Positions 57,308 to 64,000 of a stretch of 64,000 bases of DNA are shown here, one piece after another. Source of the DNA: Chrysomallon squamiferum. Taxonomy: Eukaryota; Animalia; Mollusca. The notes under the pieces were generated by a model. It was not told where the DNA came from. It searched no databases and worked only from the letters and a program-made list of their open reading frames with translations. Where the stretch lies: positions 21,576,001-21,640,000 of the forward strand of contig CM022673.1 of NCBI GenBank assembly GCA_012295275.1, in the 5' to 3' direction. The first letter of the stretch is position 1. Every line of letters begins with the position of its first letter. The translations under genes and the position numbers were made by a program.

Positions 57308-58832
57308 GTGTTCGTAGTTTTTTCTAAACAGAGACACTCGATATCGGAATCTGGCGACTTTTAACAGATGATTTTCGTATTCTCTTTCAAAACAGATGTC
57401 GTTTTATATTCTTTCTGCCGTAGTTTCATCGTTTCAGTTATACAGAGAACTGTGAGGTACATTTCACTGGTTTCATCTTGTCTGTGCACTGAGACACTTG
57501 TCTTTGTTTGAAATGTCACCAGTTACATATTAAAACAGAAACACAGACGTCTTTTGTCCCACTTCATATAACCATTATTTTATAACAATAGAAACACGGT
57601 ATATCGGACATTTGTCGTTGTTCTTCTTATTATTATTTTTATATATGTATATACGAATACACAGTAATACTATATTGACATAATAATACACGTTCGTATT
57701 TGCATATATACATATATAATTATATTAGAAAATATTAAAGAAACATTTATTTATTTATCATTGACAAAGTTAAACATTGTTTAAAACTTACTTATATAAA
57801 CATTTCAATATATTTAAATATAAATCAGAAACACAGACGTGTAAACGCGAGGAAAACAATAACGTGCAAGTTGTAAACTGCGGCGTGCGTACCTGCGTGT
57901 CCAGTGTGCGTCATTCTAGCTATATTCTTGTTTGAGAACATTTATTGTATTTTTTATATCTGTGGGTTTTAATTATTTATGAGTAGTATTACATAAGATT
58001 TTATTTCTGTTTGATGTGTAATTATTATCTATATCGGTTTAGTCAGTTACACGTTCAATTCACAAATCTTCCTAATGTGTGAGTGTGTGTGACGACTGTA
58101 ATAAAGCATACGAGACTAATTACACATTTTGTTGACCTGTAAAACTTCATCTCGTCTCTGTCAGTGTTTACATCACAAAACGTTCAGAATGCAATTAATG
58201 CTTGCATAACGACAGGAGAAAATTACGAGTGACTCTTGTTCTGGCTGTTCGGCAGTTCCGTTGTTATATATGAGATGTGTCTTCAGGTAAGAGTGATTTC
58301 ACTTTTAGTCTCATGTTCAAGTATGTCATACATGTGAAGGTAAACAGGCAGCTGTTTGTTAATTCCAGGTAGTAAAGTGATGACGTCAGCTTTACTCCCT
58401 GCAACGACGGGAACGTTTAGGAAATTTTGATATAAAAACGTTATCGCTATCGGAGATAGTGTCTACAAAATACATACGTTTCTGTTTGCCGATCGATACC
58501 TTCAGTTACATAATTTGATACGTGGGTCTATCTAAGAATAGTTATGTCTGTCTATATGTATGTGTGTGTGTGTGTGTGTGTGTATGTGTTTGTATGTATG
58601 TAAGTACGTATGTATGTACGCCTGTATGTATGTATATATGTATGTATGTATGTATGTAAGTGTTTATGTATATGTGTATGTATTATCTATATACGTATAT
58701 ACATGTGTGTATTTATTGATGAGAGTGTATATGTATATTAATATACTCATTTTAGTATAATGCTTAAAGAAATGTATAGAAACCTGAGTTTAACACTGAA
58801 AATCTTACTTATTTTACTTCAAATCTCTTACG

Positions 58833-58865
<33 letters not shown>

Positions 58866-59544
58866 AAAATAAAAATAATGATAATAATAATAATAATAAT
58901 AATAAATCAATAAATCAATAAATAAATAAATAAATAATAATAATAAATTACAACATCCAAACTAATATATATTTGATCTTTGATATGTAGCAGTAGTAGT
59001 AATAGTTGTGATAGCTGTAGTTGTTGAAGTTGCAGCAGTACAACGACAATAATAATAATAATATTATTAATTATTATTATCATTGCTTTTAGTATTACGA
59101 ATACTATTACTGCTACTAGTATACTACTATTACTACTACTACTACTACTGTTATTATTATTATTGTTGTTTTTATTATTTTAATTCTTTATAAAAACGCA
59201 TATTCTATTTAAATTCCTGATAAAATAATAGTAAAAATATATATTATTTATATTCATGAATAACGTTATATGTCATTCATGAATAAAGTTATACAACTCG
59301 TTATCACATATGTGGCCCATTCTAATTGTTTGGAATAATAAGGTTATAAAACAGTTCGAACACGGATGGATTCAGTCTGGTCTGTTTATTTTTAACCGAC
59401 GTTGACGTTTCTTTCTCCGTCAAATTCTTGAATCAATACAGAGGCCTGCACTTCCTAGCGGGAGGCAGTTCCCATCAGAAAGCATCCACCCATGGACGAG
59501 ACAAAAACAACTTCTGGATTACATTTACGATTGATGCGAAATGA

Positions 59545-59802
59545 GGAGGGTCGCCACACCTCCGCTGCCCGGTCACGTGACCGCCTCTTTGTTTCCCTTA
59601 CTGCTGTGAAATGAAAAGGTTTGGGTTGACCTGCCCACATGTCGTAGTTCGTTTTCCAAGCAAGTCAGTCGCGGCTTGCGTGCCTCACAGTTTGTTCCTT
59701 TAAATCTCAGCAACAGGATAGAACTTTCTTTAGGATAACTTTTCGACAGGTTTCCAGATAAAACGAGGACTGTATAACAGAATTTTTGTATCTTGTGTAA
59801 GT
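59545..59802 (+). promoter_or_regulatory. Candidate CpG-rich promoter with a palindromic E-box and a non-coding first exon
   Basis: 14-bp palindrome CGGTCACGTGACCG at 59570-59583 (USF/MiT-TFE-type GTCACGTGAC), Inr-like TCAGTC near 59665, and donor TGT|GTAAGT at 59796/59797. Confidence 0.5.
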
Positions 59803-59990
59803 AGAAGAGTTTTATTTATTTAACTATTATTTGTTTAAATTATACACTCGGAGCATGGGTTTTAATTATAATATTTTATTTTATTAATTCTGTTTCAAGT
59901 ATTAGATTTTCATTTTTTGAGAGTATTATTTATTTTGTTTGTTTGTTTGTTTGTTGTTTTGTTTGTTTGTTTGTTTGTTTGTTTGTTTGT

Positions 59991-60022
<32 letters not shown>

Positions 60023-61279
60023 AGCTTAATATTGATTTACGGTTTTAAAATTAATTCTCATTTCTCCCAGAATACGTTTATTCTTTGTTAAATACTTATC
60101 GCTAGCAAACATTAGAATAAGGAGAATATAACATTAGAAAAAAATCATGTTCCTGTCGTCCGTCAGATATCTCTTCACTCATCCTCCCCCAGTGTTTTCC
60201 CTTAATTAACTTTCATTGATATAAACACATAGATAATCTGAGAATAATACATGATGTATGTACTATCAGCATTTGTTTTATAATATGGATATTTTCAAAT
60301 ACGAATTTGATTTCATTATTATAAAATGAGTTTGTCATTATTGCAATCTGGTTTTTAATTATTCCAAAACCGCGCTGTTACTAATCCTTGCTGATAATGG
60401 TGACGTAGAATATAATAACTCACTGTTTTCTAGATGTACACGTATAATCTAACACTATTATCAGTCTACCTATAATAACTTAATTGATACAACAAATGTA
60501 TTTAAAGAACAGAATATCGCTGATTAGTTACAAATTGATACCACATGGTATTTCATTAAAAGTATGATATTGCAAGAATCGTATCAATGATTACCTAACG
60601 TTAACGTCTAGTATTTTGATAATATTCACTTTTACTGAGACGCTGTATAAAATCGTCGCTATGACGATCTGTAGTAGAATTATGTAATACACTGTTATCA
60701 CCAATCGAACTGAGTTAATATACTTTGTCACCTATTACTATTACTGTTGCTATGGTGCACAAATGAATAAAGTGACGTAAATATTAAAATAATGAAATCA
60801 CACTGACAAATTTTTGTTTGTGTTGCCGACGCCGTTAACCTCATGTCGAACGTAGATATTTTTATTATATAAATCTAAAACATAGTTACAACACAGGATG
60901 GACAATTGTTAACAAGTCACGTAGAACATTGTAAGAGATTTTCTTTTTAAAATTTGAGAAAATGCTGTATTTTATCTTTGTTGTCCTGATAAAGAAGGAC
61001 ACTAACGTGAAGACTATAATAAAGACTGTTTTAGGTTTAATGTTCTTGTATGATCAGATATTACCTTGTGACAGCTATACAAAAGGGCATCTTACCACAA
61101 AAAGACCTGAAAATTGTGAAAATTGTGATTTATGCTCATTAGATTATATAAGAAATTAAAATTCTTCTAGGATTTGAAGATAACATTTAAGTGTGAAAAG
61201 TACGCCTGTCTGTCTCCTCGTATATTAGCGATATAACTTCTATATGAACAGTGGCCATTTTCACTAGTGTTTAGGTTCA

Positions 61280-61407
<128 letters not shown>

Positions 61408-62682
61408 TATTTCAAGATATTGTTGTAACTTGATGATATTTCATCTTTAAAAGAAGTATCATTTTAAACTTAAAAATAAAAATTTCCATTCACGCCTGCT
61501 AAGCCTAAAACAATTCTAAACCTTACACTGTCGTGAACGATGTTATTTAGTTCTCTGAACACTGGTGTTAAGTTTCATTTCGCTTCCCCGTTATACTAAT
61601 ATTACACTTAACAACGCCTGGAAAAAAGTATCCGATAGTTTAACCTTGAGCAAGACTGTTTCATGTATAATATTAAAGATTAGTGGAGAGGCGTTGTGGT
61701 CGGAGTTCTCTCCCTTACCTCTTTAACTAGTAATGTTAAAGATTAACCAAGACTTGTCGCTGGTGTCTATGTCCGGCCACTGCTACAGGACATTTGACCA
61801 CGCTATTGTTCTCGACGTCAGGGAAACTACGGGTGTCCATTCAGGGTATTCAGCGGCGCACAGACAGCAGCCTGGTGGTAGTTTCCTCACCCCACATGAC
61901 TGCGAGAGAAGCGCGGGATTAATAACGAGCTTCATAAATTCCTTTTGGAACCATTAAAAGTCGTAAATTGCTGTAACTACTGTCGAAACCACGTGGTACA
62001 CAAATTACAAAAAATAATTTGAAACAAGTGTAGGTTTAGGTATTTCTTAAAGTACTGTGTTTGTGATCATCAAAACAAACTGAAACCGTTAAACTATGCT
62101 AATACATAGTTTTTTCAAAACTTTAAACTTTATCACTTTCTTTCATACTTCTTTTTTTAAGAATTATTATTAATTTGTGAAATGGTAAATATATTTATAT
62201 ACAGACCTACACCTTTAAGAATTAAATAAGGGATGCAGTAAATATATTTATTTCATTTAAAAAGGCGCAAATTGTCAAAACGTTTTTTTTCTGTAAAGAA
62301 CAGAATGATTCGATTTATAAAAAATTTAATAAAGACAGTTTGTGGTTCTTTGCTTAAAGCATTTGCATGTGTGAAGCATTTTCCGTTCCATTAGCGCTCC
62401 AAGTGATTTGTCAGATTTAATTTGTTGTAAGTGATTTCAGGTTTAAAAGAAAGATAAATGATTTCCTGCTTAGTTGACAAGAGACAAATGACTTCAGCAG
62501 GTTTTTTCTCTCTTATCATCAAATAACTGTTAATATTAAAACGATAATGCGTCTTATACATACGCTTATTAATTTATATATGTGTGTGTTTGTGTGTATA
62601 TATATATATATATATATCGATCTAATATAAAAATTACTTATAAAGTTATTAAAAAATATAAAGCATATTGTTAATAAAATGT

Positions 62683-62717
<35 letters not shown>

Positions 62718-63477
62718 GGCGCATTTGCTCTAATTATATTTCTTATTATACATATACTGTACTGCATTATGTTACGTTACATCGTGTTTTAATATCTTAT
62801 ATTATATTATATTATTATTAATTTGAAATTAAATGAAAAATACAGATGACGTCAGAAAACATTAATATATTTAATTATTCAAACAGTTAAATGGCGACTT
62901 TTTTTAACCTAGCATTTCTTTTAAACATTTTTCTTTTTTCTCTTTTTAATTTTTTTTTTTTTACTTTAACAACAAGAAAAAAAAAAGTTAATTCAGAATG
63001 ATATCTTGATATACGACAACTTTCTAAACAAAGCCTGCAAACAGTTTCTAAAGAAGATAAAACGACCTAGCGACGTTAATGAAATGTTTTACGATTTGCA
63101 CAAAGTATTGAACTGTTTAATGTCGAGCAGCACAAACAAGTGCGCATTACGCCCCGGCCCGTCCCACACATAAATATCAAACACAAGACACACTCCAGTG
63201 ATTTACTTTTGTTTCAAAACCTGCAGCCACTAAATCAAAACGTTAATAAAACATGACACAGCCAATACCGAGTGAAGTTTTTTCAAAATACTTACATGTT
63301 TAAAGGTTAAACTTCTTTTATGACTGTCACATAGAACAAAAGTTGTGTGGACGAGATAAATGACTGGGACTCATCTAGTCTAGTCTTTGACGGTTTTTGT
63401 TTGTTTTTGTATTGTATTAAATAAAGATCTCGTCTTGGTCTTGCAGAATGCGGTGCTGGTTTTAGAGAAGAAACAAG

Positions 63478-63559
63478 ATGTCAGGGGAACCAGAAGAGAC
63501 TCATGACAAGTTTGACACGAACGGGGAGGTGCCGCGGGTTCAGGGCCCCGGGGGAAGAA
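63478..63559 (+). CDS. Probable first coding exon of an unidentified gene continuing beyond the window (MSGEPEETHDKFDTNGEVPRVQGPGGR...)
   Basis: GC-rich 113-nt island bounded by acceptor TCTTGCAG| (exon starts 63447) and donor A|GTGAGT (63559/63560). ATG at 63478 is in AAGATGT context and gives 27 codons plus 1 nt. A second reading frame is also open through the exon, so the frame is uncertain. Confidence 0.5.
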
Positions 63560-63814
63560 GTGAGTGTAATTTATCTTCTGTCATATAAAAACATCAATTT
63601 TTTTTATTATATAATAATAATAATAAAGAATAAAATGCAAAGAAACTAATTTTTATTTCCATCTTATTAAAAAAAAAAAAAAAAAAAAAATTATTTCATG
63701 TGATTTAGATGGATTGATTAGGTTTCAATAAATATATTTTTTACATTTAAAAAATAAAATAAAATAAGCTACAAAATAACTTTATTTATTTATTTGTTTA
63801 TTAATTTATTAAAT

Positions 63815-63861
<47 letters not shown>

Positions 63862-63896
63862 TTTGTTTATTTGTTTATTAGTTTATTTATTTATTT

Positions 63897-63935
<39 letters not shown>

Positions 63936-64000
63936 TTTGTTTATTAGTTTATTAAATTTATTTATTTATTTAACAAACTGGATGTTGTGTACAAAACTAC

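Overview
This is AT-rich, microsatellite-dense animal genomic DNA with GT-AG spliceosomal introns. It is probably a lophotrochozoan such as a gastropod mollusc; that is inferred from gene content and repeat style, not proven. Positions 1-35.5 kb hold five protein-coding genes that I reconstructed by hand with phase-consistent exons: an FRRS1L-like DOMON protein (+, N-terminus unresolved, extra N-terminal region and RHRR furin-type site); a bursicon-alpha-like 11-Cys cystine-knot protein in one ORF (+); a C6orf89/BRAP-like gene (+) with two paralogous, mutually exclusive coding first exons; sterol 14-alpha-demethylase CYP51 (-, 11 coding exons, 486 aa) with an SRE-like/CCAAT cluster upstream; and FBXL18 (-, 10 exons, 721 aa). 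Positions 36-64 kb are almost all non-coding: a 40-bp satellite, decayed transposon relics, several candidate promoter/first-exon units, and one probable first coding exon of an unidentified + strand gene at 63.45 kb. Two MITE-like elements with recognisable TIRs lie in FRRS1L introns. Most ORFs in the supplied track are microsatellite artefacts. There is no CRISPR array or prokaryotic system.
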